Under the pieces are notes generated by a model. The model had not been told where the DNA came from and searched no databases. It was given only the letters and a program-made list of their open reading frames with translations. Below, in pieces: positions 14,151-29,711 of a stretch of DNA of 64,000 bases. The stretch is from NCBI GenBank assembly GCA_964016885.1, contig OZ024754.1, positions 8,122,001 to 8,186,000 of the forward strand, read 5' to 3'. The stretch is from Eledone cirrhosa. Taxonomy: Eukaryota. Made by a program: the position numbers and the translations under genes. Position 1 is the stretch's first letter, and each line of letters starts with the position of its first letter.

Positions 14151-14302
14151 ATCAAAAGATAGTTAAAAGAGTTCCATGTATTTTATTATGCGCATTTCAA
14201 AAATAAATATCCTCATGGGATGATATTTGCGTTCTCCTCAGATAAAATAGGGAGACATGATATAAAATACATGGAACTCTTTTAACCATCTTTTGATCTT
14301 AT
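14146..14302. repeat. Inverted repeat (about 41-bp arms) enclosing a hammerhead motif
   Basis: ataagatcaaaagatagttaaaagagttccatgtattttat / ataaaatacatggaactcttttaaccatcttttgatcttat. Confidence 0.9.
14179..14249 (-). ncRNA. Minimal type I hammerhead ribozyme with intact core
   Basis: Minus: tattttat CTGAGGA [stem II aaatatc/gatattt] GAAA tgcgca TA ataaaata; perfect 8-bp stem I, palindromic stem III. Confidence 0.8.
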
Positions 14303-14498
14303 ATTATTTATACTCCAGTCATATAAACTGTGGAGTGCTTATTATCCGATATCTGCATTGCTTTATTGTGCTTCAATAAAACTCACACCTACACATATAT
14401 ATAGTATGAGATGAGGAGAGAGAGAGAGGAGAGATGAGAGAGGAGAGAGAGGGGGAAAGAGAGAGACTGGGGGGAAAAGAGAGAGTTAGAGGAGTAAG

Positions 14499-14698
14499 NN
14501 NNNNNNNNNNNNNNNNNNNNNNNNNNNNNNNNNNNNNNNNNNNNNNNNNNNNNNNNNNNNNNNNNNNNNNNNNNNNNNNNNNNNNNNNNNNNNNNNNNNN
14601 NNNNNNNNNNNNNNNNNNNNNNNNNNNNNNNNNNNNNNNNNNNNNNNNNNNNNNNNNNNNNNNNNNNNNNNNNNNNNNNNNNNNNNNNNNNNNNNNNN
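14499..14698. other. Assembly gap (200 N)
   Basis: Run of N. Confidence 1.
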
Positions 14699-14986
14699 AA
14701 GCATGAAAGTACTTGTTCAATTAACACTTAACATTTAATATTCTACCATACTATTTCATTCTAATACCATTATAATTTTAAAGGATTGTAAATAAAACGA
14801 GTAAATCAGACAAAGTTGGAATTCCTTTTATTAATATATATATATATATATATATGCAAAAGTTTTATTTAAGATTGTTGGGTTACAACGAGTAAATATT
14901 TTATAACTGATATAAAAGCACTCGACAGTTTCTGGAGTAGGTTTACGATATTAAACAAATGGAAACTATATTTATAAAACCATATT

Positions 14987-15052
14987 TATTTCGTTATATA
15001 TATTTCTGGGATATCATATTAAAAATATGTTATGCCTTCCTCAGACAAAATA
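14987..15052 (-). ncRNA. Hammerhead motif (left palindrome arm)
   Basis: Reverse complement of 15195-15260. Confidence 0.7.
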
Positions 15053-15194
15053 CAATACATAAGCTGTTTTATAAATAATTAGTGACATACCTTTTGAGAA
15101 TGCAACTTCCTTTTAAAAAAGTCAACTTTTTTAAAAGGAAGTTGCATTCTCAAAAGGTATGTCACTAATTATTTATAAAACAGCTTATGTATTG

Positions 15195-15260
15195 TATTTT
15201 GTCTGAGGAAGGCATAACATATTTTTAATATGATATCCCAGAAATATATATAACGAAATA
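15195..15260 (+). ncRNA. Minimal type I hammerhead motif (right palindrome arm)
   Basis: tattttgt CTGAGGA a[gg..catatt-ttt-aatatg..cc]a GAAA tatata TA acgaaata. Confidence 0.7.
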
Positions 15261-15300
15261 AATATGGTTTTATAAATATAGTTTCCATTTGTTTAATATC

Positions 15301-15369
<69 letters not shown>

Positions 15370-15463
15370 TATGAACATATATATATATATATATATATTG
15401 TTTTGATTATACGCTATTTTTCTATACAAGTCTTGCCTCGAGTGAATTACTTTCCTATCTACG

Positions 15464-15572
15464 TACTCTGATGTGTTGACCAGAGGTAAATAATGTATTG
15501 GAGATCGAATGACGCAACCTCAGGCGATTAGCGAACTCTAGACTCACCTGATCAACGAAACAATTGTCAGTA
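15464..15572 (+). ncRNA. Type I hammerhead motif with long stem II
   Basis: tact CTGATGT gttgaccag...ctgatcaac GAAA caattg TC agta; A9 changed to U. Confidence 0.65.
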
Positions 15573-15638
15573 TTTTATATAAAGCCCCTTATTGTACAGC
15601 CAACCATGTTACTCTTCATTCTTTAACTATATATATAT

Positions 15639-15732
15639 TATATTGAATATTTACTCCATTAACTGTTGAGTGCTCTATATCAGTTATAAACTTTTAAGTT
15701 TGTTGGAATCCCAACAAATTAAATATAACTTC

Positions 15733-15774
<42 letters not shown>

Positions 15775-16101
15775 GAAGTTATATTTAATTTGTTGGGATT
15801 CCAACAAACTTAAAAGTTTATAACTGATATAGAGCACTCAACAGTTACTGGAGTAAATATTCAATATATTAATAAATGGGAAACTATATTTATAAAACAT
15901 TAATTATTTTAATTATATATTTCATCATACTATCCAGCGAATTTTCAACCGTCAAGGTTGTTTTCCATGGTTATGTCACTATTTATAAAACAAATTTTGT
16001 ATTTTATCTGATGAAAGCGCACCAAGATTGGCTTGGTCGCCCTTGAAATATATATAATTAAAATAATTATGGTTTTATAAATATAGTTTTCCATTTATTA
16101 A
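15639..16101. repeat. Two adjacent inverted repeats of the same family as 14900-15303
   Basis: Arms 15640-15737 and 15771-15867 around (TA)n; arms about 15869-15925 and 16044-16101. Confidence 0.85.
16000..16065 (+). ncRNA. Type I hammerhead motif with canonical core
   Basis: tattttat CTGATGA aagcgcaccaag-attgg-cttggtcgccctt GAAA tatata TA attaaaata. Confidence 0.75.
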
Positions 16102-16136
16102 CATATTGTATATATATATATATTATTATTATTATT

Positions 16137-16308
16137 TATCGGTAGAGGGTTGGACGCCATGCTTTGATGCATAGAGTTACGGCCCTTGCCATTATGAGTT
16201 CAAATCCCGCCGAGGTTAACTTTGCCTTTCATCCTTACGGGGTCGATAAAATAAAGTACCAGTAATGCACTGGGTAATTGCTGACCTTGTGCCAAAAGTA
16301 GAAACAAT
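16137..16308 (+). mobile_element. Dominant SINE copy
   Basis: Consensus match. Confidence 0.9.
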
Positions 16309-16532
16309 TATTATTATATATATATATATAAATATAAATAAGATATATGAATAAATATATGAGTGTGTGTGCCTGTCTGTGTAAAATGTGTGTGTGTGTG
16401 TGTGTGTGTGTGCCTGTGTATGTAAATATACGTGCATATATATGTGTGTGTGTGTGTGTGTGTGAGTGTGCGTAAATATATGTATGTGTGTGCGAGTGTG
16501 CTTATATATATGGATATTTGTGTGGGTGTGTG

Positions 16533-16801
16533 TGTATGTGTACTGGTTACTTAAATACTTAATGTGTTGTTTGTATTGGGCTAACATTTTCTGCCAGTTC
16601 TGGGCCTATTGTTAGATTTGGGAGCCTGTGTGTGTATGTGTACTGGTTACTTAATGTGTTGTTTGTATTGGGCTAACATTTTCTGCCAGTTCTGGGCCTA
16701 TTGTTAGATTTGGGAGCCTGAAGCCTACATTTTACATCTGGCCTGGGTCTACAGCCAAGCCTGAAGCCTACATTTTACATCTGGCCTGGGTCTACAGCCA
16801 G
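16533..16801. repeat. Local tandem duplications (about 97 bp x2, then about 43 bp x2)
   Basis: gtactggttacttaa...gggagcctg twice; agcctgaagcctacattttacatctggcctgggtctacagcca twice. Confidence 0.8.
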
Positions 16802-17015
16802 GCTTGGTTAATTACTGTTACATCTATATTGAACTGTGCCCTTCCTTTCGACAACAGTAACATGGGAAGGTGAGACCAGCCTGTACGGACATTCACCAGT
16901 CTTCTACAAAACACCCTGCCCGGAATGTATCTCGAAATGGTAAACTCATGGTCAGCTGGTCGTTGATGCAAAACCCTTGGCTATTCATGATCTCGCCTGG
17001 CCTTGGAAGATTTTG

Positions 17016-17057
<42 letters not shown>

Positions 17058-17140
17058 GCGTCGTCGTTGTTGTCGTTGTTGAGATCGTCATAATATAAGC
17101 AGAGGAGTTGATCAAGATGACTTATGTTATTCTATTACAT

Positions 17141-17275
17141 AATTGTTTCTACGTTTGGCACAAGGCCAGCAATTACCCCAGTGCATTACTGGTACTTTAT
17201 TTTGTCAACCGCGTAAGGATGAAAGACAAAGTTGATCTCAGCGGGATTTGAACTCTGAATGGAAAGGGCCGTAAC

Positions 17276-17276
<1 letters not shown>
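17141..17276 (-). mobile_element. SINE copy, 5'-truncated
   Basis: Consensus match. Confidence 0.85.
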
Positions 17277-19201
<1,925 letters not shown>

Positions 19202-19767
19202 GTATTAAGGATACTATTTATGGTTATGCAAATAAAAAAACCTTTTGTAGTTATATATATTTTTACAACCCTAAATAGTGGTAGGCAGTAATATATTACT
19301 ACCGTATTACCAGTAAGTTAAATAGCTCAATGTAATAACATCAGATGTTTTACAGAGCAGTTATATATAACTTATAAGAATCAAAGATCTGTTCAAAACA
19401 TTTATATGCTTACAATTGTTTCCTCCAAACAGAGGTTTGGATTCTTCGGAGCAATTTATTAATGAATGAACACTTATATGACCTCCTTTTCAACCCAAGA
19501 GACATACAGATACATATGCAAACATTGTTGCTTGGTGGGTCGACATCCATTACAGCATTTAGTGTGGCAGTATACATTTAGAGATTACATTCATATCGCA
19601 TTAATTTCATGTTGTATTTTAACCTGTATTTTTGATTTTATCCTCTTTTAATATGAAAAATATATTGTTATACTTTGGGAGGGCCATGCTGCCAATTAAA
19701 AAGACACGCACCTTTTGATTTTCACTTTAATTTATTATAAATTTCCGGTTGGCTGGTTGGTTGGTTC

Positions 19768-20243
19768 GCCAATCCACCGCCGCTCTCCTACCAATCCATG
19801 GCCGCCCTCCTACCAATCTATAGCCGCCCTCCTACCAATCCATCGCTGCCCTCCTACCAATCTATCGCCGCCCTCCTACCAATCTATCACCGCCCTCCTA
19901 CCAATCCACCTCGGCCCTCCTACCAATCCATCGCTGCCCTCCTACCAATCTATCGCCGCCCTCCTACCAATCTATCACCGCCCTTCTACCAATCCACCTC
20001 CGCCCTCCTACCAATCCATCGCTGCCCTCCTACCAATCTATCGCCGCCCTCCTACCAATCTATCACCGCCCTTCTACCAATCCACCTCCGCCCTCCTACC
20101 AATCCATCGCTGCCCTCCTACCAATCTATCGCCGCCCTCCTACCAATCTATCACCGCCCTTCTACCAATCCACCTCCGCCCTCCTACCAATCTATCGCCG
20201 CCCTCCTACTAATCCACCGCCGCCCTCCCACCAATCCACCGCC
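19768..20243. repeat. 22-bp minisatellite with 4-unit higher-order structure
   Basis: Unit cgccctcctaccaatcYaYcRc. Confidence 0.9.
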
Positions 20244-20364
20244 GTCGTTGCTTAATAATCCCTGCCGTCCCTCACCCCCTTTTTCCTCACATTTATAGTC
20301 TTTTGTAAAGCTTCTACTTTCTTTTTCTGTATCTTTGACTAAATATTAAACTCTTTAATAATTT

Positions 20365-20580
20365 TAGGGCACTAGATTGGCAGGATCGGTAGAGCGTCGG
20401 AGACCATGCTTTGTGGCATATAGTTACGGAACTTTACGATCTGAGTTCAAATCCCGCCAAGGTTAACTTTGCCTTTCATCCTTACGGGGTCGATAAAATA
20501 AAGTACCAGTAATGAACTGGGTTCGATTTAATCCACTTTCTCCTCTCCTAAATTGTTGGCATTGTGTCTAAATCAGAAAC
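20365..20580 (+). mobile_element. SINE copy (long-tail variant)
   Basis: A/B boxes and central domain. Confidence 0.85.
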
Positions 20581-20599
20581 CGGTTATTTGCCGGTTTTA

Positions 20600-21100
20600 T
20601 TGGTAGTGTTGATAGTGTTGGTGATGATGATAGTGTTGTTGGTGATGGTGATAGTGTTGGTGGTGATGATAGTGTTGTTGGTGATGATGTTGATAGTGTT
20701 GTTGGTGGTGGTGATAGTATTGGTGATGATGGTGATAGTATTGGTGGTGTGGTGATTGTGTTGTTGGAGTTGGTGATAGTGTTAGTGATGTTGATAGTAT
20801 TGGTGGTGATGGTGATAGTGTTGGTGGTGATGGTGATAGTGTTGGTGATGTTGATAGTGTTGGTGATGGTGATAGTGTTTGTGATAGTGATAGTGTTGTT
20901 GGTGACGGTGATAGTGTTGTTGGTGATGTTGATAGTGTTGTTGGTGACGGTGATAGTGTTGGTGGTGATGGTGATAGTGTTGTTGGTGACGGTGATAGTG
21001 TTGGTGGTGATAGTGTTGGTGGTGATGGTGATAGTGTTGTTGGCGACGGTGATAGTATCGTTGGTGACGGCGATAGTGTTGTTGCTGTTGGTGACGGTGA
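20600..21100. repeat. (GTG/GAT/GTT)-based minisatellite
   Basis: ggtgatagtgttggtggtgat units; inverse of array at 28315-29690. Confidence 0.9.
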
Positions 21101-21289
21101 TTTAATTAACTTCTCCCCCCCCCCCCCCACTCTCCATTTAAAATTGTTGGCCATGTACCTAAACAAGAAACCATGATTGAATAACATAAAACAAAATACC
21201 AGTGATATACTGAGGTGGAGTAAGGTTGTAATATCTCCTTTAAGAAGCAAACTTTCTTAGGGAGTCGGAGAGAATACCTTGCGGTGTTT

Positions 21290-21487
21290 GGTCTGGGCTT
21301 TAGTGGTATTAGTTTAAAAACCCTCCCTCCTTTCCTGAGCTCGGTTGGTCTCACTTGAGGAACCAACCGTAATAAATGGAGACGGTTTCTTCTGATTGGA
21401 GGATCTGGAAGGTGTGAGGGGAGTCCGCCCTCCACGGCCCTCCCGGGAATAAGTGGCCCAAGAAAGAAGAAGAAGAAGAAGAAGAAA
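21290..21487 (+). mobile_element. Probable LINE 3' end with (GAA)n tail
   Basis: Translates ..TNRNKWRRFL.. (similar to the RTE DR..WR motif), then a GC-rich hairpin and gaagaa repeats. Confidence 0.35.
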
Positions 21488-22258
21488 AGCAACAACAACA
21501 AAAACAACAACAGCAGTATCACTAATAACAGCAACAGCAAGAACAATAACAACAGCAACAGCAACAGTAACATCAACAACAACAGCAGCAGCAGCACTAA
21601 TAACAGCAACAACAACAACAGCAACAACAACAGAAGCAGCAGCAACAGCACTAATAACAACAACAGCAGCAGCACTAATAACAGCAACAGCAGCAACAAC
21701 AGAAACGGCAACAGCACTAATAACAACAACAGCAGCAGCACTAATAACAACAGCAATAGCAACAACAGCCGCAACAACAGCAACAACATCAACAACAACA
21801 ACAGCCGCAACAATAGCAACAACAACAACAACAACAGCAGCAATAGCAACAAGAACAGCAGCAGCAACAGCACTAATAACAACAACAACAGCAACAGCAC
21901 TAATAGCAACAAGAACAGCAGCAGCAACAGCACTAATAACAACAACAACAGCAACAGCACTAATAACAACAACAACAGCAACAGCACTAATAACAACAAC
22001 AACAGCAACAGCACTAATAACAACAACAACAGCAGCAGCAGCAACAGCACTAATAACAGCAATAGCAACAACAACAGCCGCAACAATAGCAACAACAACA
22101 ACAACAACAACAATAACAACAATAGCAGCAACAGCAGCAACAGCACTAATAACAATAACAACAGCAGCAGCAACAGCAGCAACAGCACTAATAACAATAA
22201 CAACAGCAACAGCAACAACAACAGCCGCAACAACAACACCAACAACAACAACAGCCGC

Positions 22259-22289
<31 letters not shown>

Positions 22290-23460
22290 GCAACAGCAAC
22301 AACAATATCCGCAACAACAACAACAACAACACCAGCAACAACAGCCGCAACAACAACAACTGCAGTAAGAACATTATCATGTTCACACACCTGCTCAGTG
22401 TGTCTTTACCTGATCATCTTATCTGCTAGAAATAGCAGTGAAATCTCCCTCAAATTACAGGCTACTGTCTTAAGGACACATTGGATAATGTACTCTTAGA
22501 TATACCATGCCGTATGGTCGCTTTTGATTATAGGTCTACTCGACCAGGGGCTAAACAACCACACCACAACCACTTCTACTACTACTACTACTACTACCAG
22601 TACTACTACTACTACTACTACTATTATTATTAGTACTACTACTACTACTACTACCAGTACTACTACTACTACTATTATTAGTACTACTACTACTATTATT
22701 ATTATTAGTACTACTACTAGTACTACTATTATTAGTACTACTACTACTACCAGTACTACTACTATTATTAGTACTACTACTACTACTACTACTATTATTA
22801 ATACTACTACTACTACTATTATTAATACTACTACTACTACTACCAGTACTACTACTACTACTATTATTAGTAGTACTACTACTACTACTACCAGTACTAC
22901 TACTACTACTACCAGTACTACTACTACTACTACCAGTACTACTACTACTACTATTATTAGTAGTACTACTACTACTACTACTACCAGTACTACTACTACT
23001 ACTACCAATACTACTACTACTACTACTATTATTAGTAGTACTACTACTACTACTACCAGTACTACTACTATTACTACTACTACTACTACTACTACCACCA
23101 TTAGTACTAATACAGGCTACTCCAACTATAACAACAACAGCCACCACCATTCTTAGTACTACTACAGACACAGCAACAACAACCACAACAACAACAACCA
23201 CAACCTCAACAACAACCAACGCATGCAACAAACAACAACAGCCACCACCACCACCACCACCACCACCACCACCACCACCCCCCATTACTAGTACTACTAC
23301 AGACACTCCAACAACCCCCAACCACAACAACCAACGCATGCAACAACCACAACAACAACCAATGCATGCAACAAACTACAACAAACTACAACAACCACAA
23401 CAACAACCACAACAACCAATGCATGCAACAAACTACAACAAACAACAACAACCACAACAA
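21488..23460. repeat. (CAA/CAG/TAA)n and (CTA)n trinucleotide arrays with a dispersed-repeat fragment at 22425-22560
   Basis: Direct reading; gctagaaatagcag..ggctaaacaac also at 30792-30965 and 37690-37925. Confidence 0.9.
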
Positions 23461-24057
23461 CCATATCATCGCAGAAGAAGCAGGCAAGTTACTATCATTA
23501 ATGGGACATTTCTACTGTTTTAGTATAGCAGTTTCTTCTCTTTTACTATATTATCTCACACCTACTACAACTTCTACACATCTACTACTACCACCATAAC
23601 TACCCCGACAACTACCATCTCTACTACTACCTCTACTGCAACCTCTACTACTATCTCTACTACTACATCTAAAAAAAACATCTGCACATCTTTCACACAT
23701 CTTTTGTACATCTACTAATACACATCTTTCATATTACTCTACATCTTTTTCTACTATCTACACATTTACTACTACCGCTACAACTACTACCACTACTATC
23801 TCCAGTACTACATTAAAAAAAAAAAAAACATCTACACATCGTTTACACATCTACACATCTTCTGCACATCTTTTTACACATCTTTTTCCACATTTACTAC
23901 CACACACCCTACACATTACTACACATCTTTTTGTACATCTTCTCTGTCACTTCTTGGATTCACAATTAACACGACAGTTAATAAAACAACTCTTACTATT
24001 AGCAATAGTAACTCCAGTAGTACTAGTAATAGTAAGTCTATTAATACTACTATTAAT

Positions 24058-24165
24058 AATTGTCTCTACTTTTGGCACAAGGCCAGCAATTACCCAGTGT
24101 ATTACTGGTACTTTATTTTATCGCTCCCGTAAGGATGAAAGGCAAAGTTATCCTCGGCGGGATTT
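24058..24165 (-). mobile_element. 5'-truncated SINE with TSD taatactactattaataat
   Basis: Consensus match; direct repeat on both flanks. Confidence 0.85.
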
Positions 24166-24605
24166 AATACTACTATTAATAATAATAATAATAATTATCA
24201 TAATTTCTTTATTAGCCACACAGGGTTCACATTAAGGAAACATTAACGACGGTACAGGATGATATAATGTGAGATTCTTTTGTGTGTAAAATAACATTTA
24301 TAACAGAGACTAAGAAAATAAACATTTAAAACCAACATAACAAATTCCTCAAAGGAACAGCGAGTAAAGATCTTGGGAAGTACCTTAAACAAAAATAGGG
24401 GTTACAATACGGATGAACATTTACAAAATAACAAAAAGGCATTGCTTGGAACGGCTCGAAAACCCTGGAGGGTACTGGAAAAATAAGGGGTGTTACCTTA
24501 GTTCAGTTATAGTGAACAGCTAAACATAGCTAATATACTACACATCTTCAGTGTTAGAAGCTGAGCGAAGAAGCAACAACAATAACAACAACAACAGTAA
24601 TAATT

Positions 24606-24670
<65 letters not shown>

Positions 24671-24802
24671 GGTGGTGGTGACGCGAGTGTTGTTATAATA
24701 AACATTTATTTTGCCATTGATACGGACATACCTGCAGATTGAAATATCTAAGCTGTAACTTCTACCTCATTACAGGTAAGTTGGAAAACTATTATTTACG
24801 CT

Positions 24803-27025
24803 AACAGCATCACAAACACCAGCATCATCACATACAGCAGCATCATCACATACACCAGCATCATCACAAACACCAGCATCATCACATACAGCAGCATCAT
24901 CACATACACCAGCATCATCATCATCACAAACACCAGCATCATCACATACAGCAGCATCATCACAAACACCAGCATCATCACAAACACCAGCATCATCACA
25001 TACAGCAGCATCATCACATACAGCAGCATCATCACATACAGCAGCATCATCACATACAGCAGCATCATCACATACAGCAGCATCATCACAAACACCAGCA
25101 TCATCACATACAGCAGCATCAGCATCATCACAAACACCAGCATCATCACATACAGCAGCATCATCACAAACACCAGCATCATCACATACAGCAGCATCAG
25201 CATCATCACAAACACCAGCATCATCACATACACCAGCATCATCACAAACACCAGCATCATCACATACACCAGCATCATCACAAACACCAGCATCATCACA
25301 AACACCAGCAACATCACAAACAGCAGCATCATCACATACACCAGCATCATCACATACAGCAGCATCAGCATCATCACAAACACCAGCATCATCACATACA
25401 CCAGCATCATCACATACACCAGCATCATCACATACAGCAGCATCAGCATCATCACATACAGCAGCATCATCACATACAGCAGCATCATCACAAACACCAG
25501 CATCATCACATACAGCAGCATCATCACATACAGCAGCATCACAAACACCAGCATCATCACATACAGCAGCATCATCACATACACCAGCATCATCACAAAC
25601 ACCAGCATCATCACATACAGCAGCATCATCACATACACCAGCATCAGCATCATCACAAACACCAGCATCATCACATACAGCAGCATCAGCAGCATCACAT
25701 ACACCAGCATCATCACATACAGCAGCATCAGCATCATCACAAACACCAGCATCATCACATACAGCAGCATCATCACATACACCAGCATCAGCATCATCAC
25801 AAACACCAGCATCATCACATACAGCAGCATCAGCAGCATCACAAACACCAGCATCATCACATACAGCAGCATCAGCATCATCACAAACACCAGCATCATC
25901 ACATACAGCAGCATCATCACATACAGCAGCATCAGCATCATCACAAACACCAGCATCATCACATACAGCAGCATCAGCAGCATCACATACACCAGCATCA
26001 TCACATACAGCAGCATCATCACAAACACCAGCATCATCACATACAGCAGCATCATCACATACACCAGCATCAGCATCATCACAAACACCAGCATCATCAC
26101 ATACAGCAGCATCAGCAGCATCACAAACACCAGCATCATCACATACAGCAGCATCAGCATCATCACAAACACCAGCATCATCACATACAGCAGCATCATC
26201 ACATACAGCAGCATCAGCATCATCACAAACACCAGCACCAGCAGCATCACATACACCAGCATCATCACATACAGCAGCATCATCACATACAGCAGCATCA
26301 TCACATACAGCAGCATCATCACATACAGCAGCATCATCACATACAGCAGCATCATCACATACAGCAGCATCATCACATACAGCAGCATCATCACATACAG
26401 CAGCATCATCACAAACACCAGCATCATCACATACACTAGCATCATCACAAACAGCAGCATCATCACATACACCAGCATCATCACATACACCAGCATCATC
26501 ACATACATCAGCATCATCACATACAGCAGCATCATCACAAACACCAGCATCATCACAAACACCAGCAGCAGCATCACATACAGCAGCATCATCACAAACA
26601 CCAGCATCATCACAAACACCAGCATCATCACAAACACCAGCATCATCACATACACCAGCATCATCACATACAGCAGCATCATCACAAACACCAGCATCAT
26701 CACATACAGCAGCATCATCACAAACACCAGCATCATCACAAACACCAGCATCATCACAAACACCAGCATCATCACATACACCAGCATCATCACATACACC
26801 AGCATCATCACAAACACCAGCATCATCACAAACACCAGCATCATCACAAACACCAGCATCATCACAAACACCAGCATCATCACATACACCAGCATCACCA
26901 CAAACACCAGCATCATCACATACAGCAGCATCATCACATACACCAGCATCATCACAAACACCAGCATCATCACAAACATCAGCATCATCACAAACATAAG
27001 CAACATCACAAACAACATCATCATC
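24803..27025. repeat. 18-bp minisatellite (about 2.2 kb) with variant units
   Basis: cagcatcatcacatacag / cagcatcatcacaaacac / cagcatcatcacatacac. Confidence 0.97.
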
Positions 27026-27099
27026 ACCGGAACAAAAACATCACCATTAACAACAACAAGGACACTAACTAACACTCACAGTAACAACAACAACAACAT

Positions 27100-27338
27100 C
27101 ACATCACTAACAACATCAACGATACTAGTTAAACTTCATCACAAACACCAACAACAACACTAACAACATCAACGATACTATCACAAACACCAACAACAAC
27201 ACTAACAACATCAACGATACTATCACAAACACCAACAACAACACTAACAACATCAACGATACTATCACAAACACCAACAACAACACAAACAACATCAACG
27301 ATACTAAGAATCACAAACACCAACAACATCACTAACAA
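27100..27338. repeat. 39-bp tandem repeat
   Basis: atcacaaacaccaacaacaacactaacaacatcaacgatact. Confidence 0.8.
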
Positions 27339-27339
27339 T

Positions 27340-28018
27340 TAGGGTCCTCGTTTGCCTTAAAAATGTGAAGGGGGACAAACGAACATTTGTTGATTCTTAA
27401 AGGAGCATGTTAGTATTACTTATGGTGTCTTTCCCGGACCCTATCACATAAGTAAAATTTTACGCTAATTAAATTTTACGCTAATTAAATTTTATATATT
27501 CAAATGAAGTTCAGATATAAAAAAAAAATTTTTTTTTAAGTATTTATTATATCAAATAAAGGGCGGAGGATTGGCAGTATCGGTGGAGGGTCGGACGCCA
27601 TGCTAGGGTGGTGGATTGGCAGTATCGGTGGAGGGTCGGACGCCATGCTAGGGTGGTGGATTGGCAGTATCGGTGGAGGGTCGGACGCCATGCTTTGCAG
27701 CAAAGAGTTACAGCCCTTTATGGTCTGAGTTCAAATCCCGCCGAGGTTGACTTTGCCTTTCATCCTTACGGGGTCGATAAAATAAAGTACCAGTAATACG
27801 CTGGGTAATTGCTGGCCTTGTGCCAAAAGTAGAAACAATTATATATCAAATAAACAAAAAATAAAATATTGAAGTTCAGATATAAAAGAAAAATAATTTT
27901 AAAAAGAATTTATTATATCAAATAAACAAAAAAATAAAATATAGACGTTTGAAAACGTGGGAGGGGGGGTTGTCCCCTGGTACACCCCCCCCCCCCCCCC
28001 CCTGAAACAAGGCCCTTG
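27340..28018. mobile_element. hAT-like non-autonomous element with nested SINE
   Basis: Imperfect TIR tagggtcctcgttt / aaacaaggcccttg; 8-bp TSD ctaacaat / ctaacaac. Confidence 0.55.
27561..27840 (+). mobile_element. Full-length SINE with triplicated 45-bp head
   Basis: TSD tatatcaaataaa at 27548 and 27842. Confidence 0.92.
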
Positions 28019-28314
28019 CTAACAACAACATCACCACTAACAGTCACAAACCCCAACAACATCACTAACGGCAACGACAGTAACTAAATGCCATCATCAC
28101 CATCAACATCTTAAATAACAACCACTGTAACAACAACAGCACCACTGACATCACCAACATCACCAACAGTATCACCGTAACAACACATCATCATCACAAA
28201 CAACAACAGCATCACTAATAACATCACTAACAACAACGACGACGACACTACCTAACAATCACAAACACCAACAAAATCACCATAACAACAACGACAATGA
28301 CACTAACTGAACTT

Positions 28315-29692
28315 CATCACCAATACTATCAACAGCACCAACACTATCACCATCAACACTATCACCATCACCACCACGACTATCACCACCAATACTATCA
28401 ACAGAACCAACACTATCACCATCACCACCAACACTATCACCATCACCACCAACACTATCACCATCACCACCAACACTATCACCATCACCTCCAATACTAT
28501 CACCATCACCACCAATACTATCAACACCACCACCAATACTATCAACACCACCAACACTATCACCATCACCAACAACACTATCACCATCACCACCAATACT
28601 ATCAACAGAACCAACACTATCACCATCACCACCAAGACTATCATCATCACCACCAATACTATCACCATCACCACCAATACTATCAACAGCACCAACACTA
28701 TCACCATCACCACCAATACTATCAACAGAACCAACACTATCACCATCACCACCAATACTATCAACAGCACCAACACTATCACCATCACCACCAACACTAT
28801 CACCATCACCACCAATACTATCAACAGCACCAACACTATCACCATCACTAACAACACTATCACCAATACTATCAACAGCACCAACACTATCACCATCACC
28901 AACAACACTATCACCATCACCAACAACACTATCACCATCACCAACAACACTATCACCATCACCAACAACACTATCATCATCACCAACAACACTATCACCA
29001 ACAACACTATCACCATCACCACCAACACTATCACCATCACCACCAATACTATCAACAGAACCAACACTATCAACAGAACCAACACTATCACCATCACCAA
29101 CAACACTATCACCATCACCAACAACACTATCAACACCATCACCACCAACACTATCACCATCACCAAAAACACTATCACCATCACCAACAACACTATCATC
29201 ACCACCAACACTATCAACATCACCACCAACACTATCATCACCAACAACACTATCACCATCACCAACAACACTATCATCATCACCAACAACACTATCACCA
29301 TCACCAACAACACTATCAACACCATCACCACCAACACTATCACCATCACCAAAAACACTATCACCATCACCAACAACACTATCATCACCACCAACACTAT
29401 CAACATCACCACCAACACTATCATCACCAACAACACTATCACCATCACCAACAACACTATCATCATCACCAACACTATCACCATCACCAACAACACTATC
29501 ACCATCACCAACAACACTATCATCACCACCAACACTATCACCATCACCAACAACACTATCACCATCACCAACAACACTATCATCACCACCAACACTATCA
29601 ACATCACCAACAACACTATCACCATCACCAACAACACTATCATCACCACCAACACTATCAACATCACCAACAACACTATCACCATCACCAAT
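28315..29692. repeat. (CAC/CAT/CAA) minisatellite
   Basis: caacactatcaccatcac units. Confidence 0.95.
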
Positions 29693-29711
29693 AAAACCGG
29701 CAAATAACCGG

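Larger units (their letters stand above)
14944..15303. repeat. Near-perfect 360-bp palindrome
   Basis: About 179-bp arms centred on gt-ca-ac at 15121-15126. Confidence 0.95.

Noticed and set aside
24796-27075. 759-aa ORF
   Set aside because: Translation of an 18-bp minisatellite with no stop in that frame; no domain content
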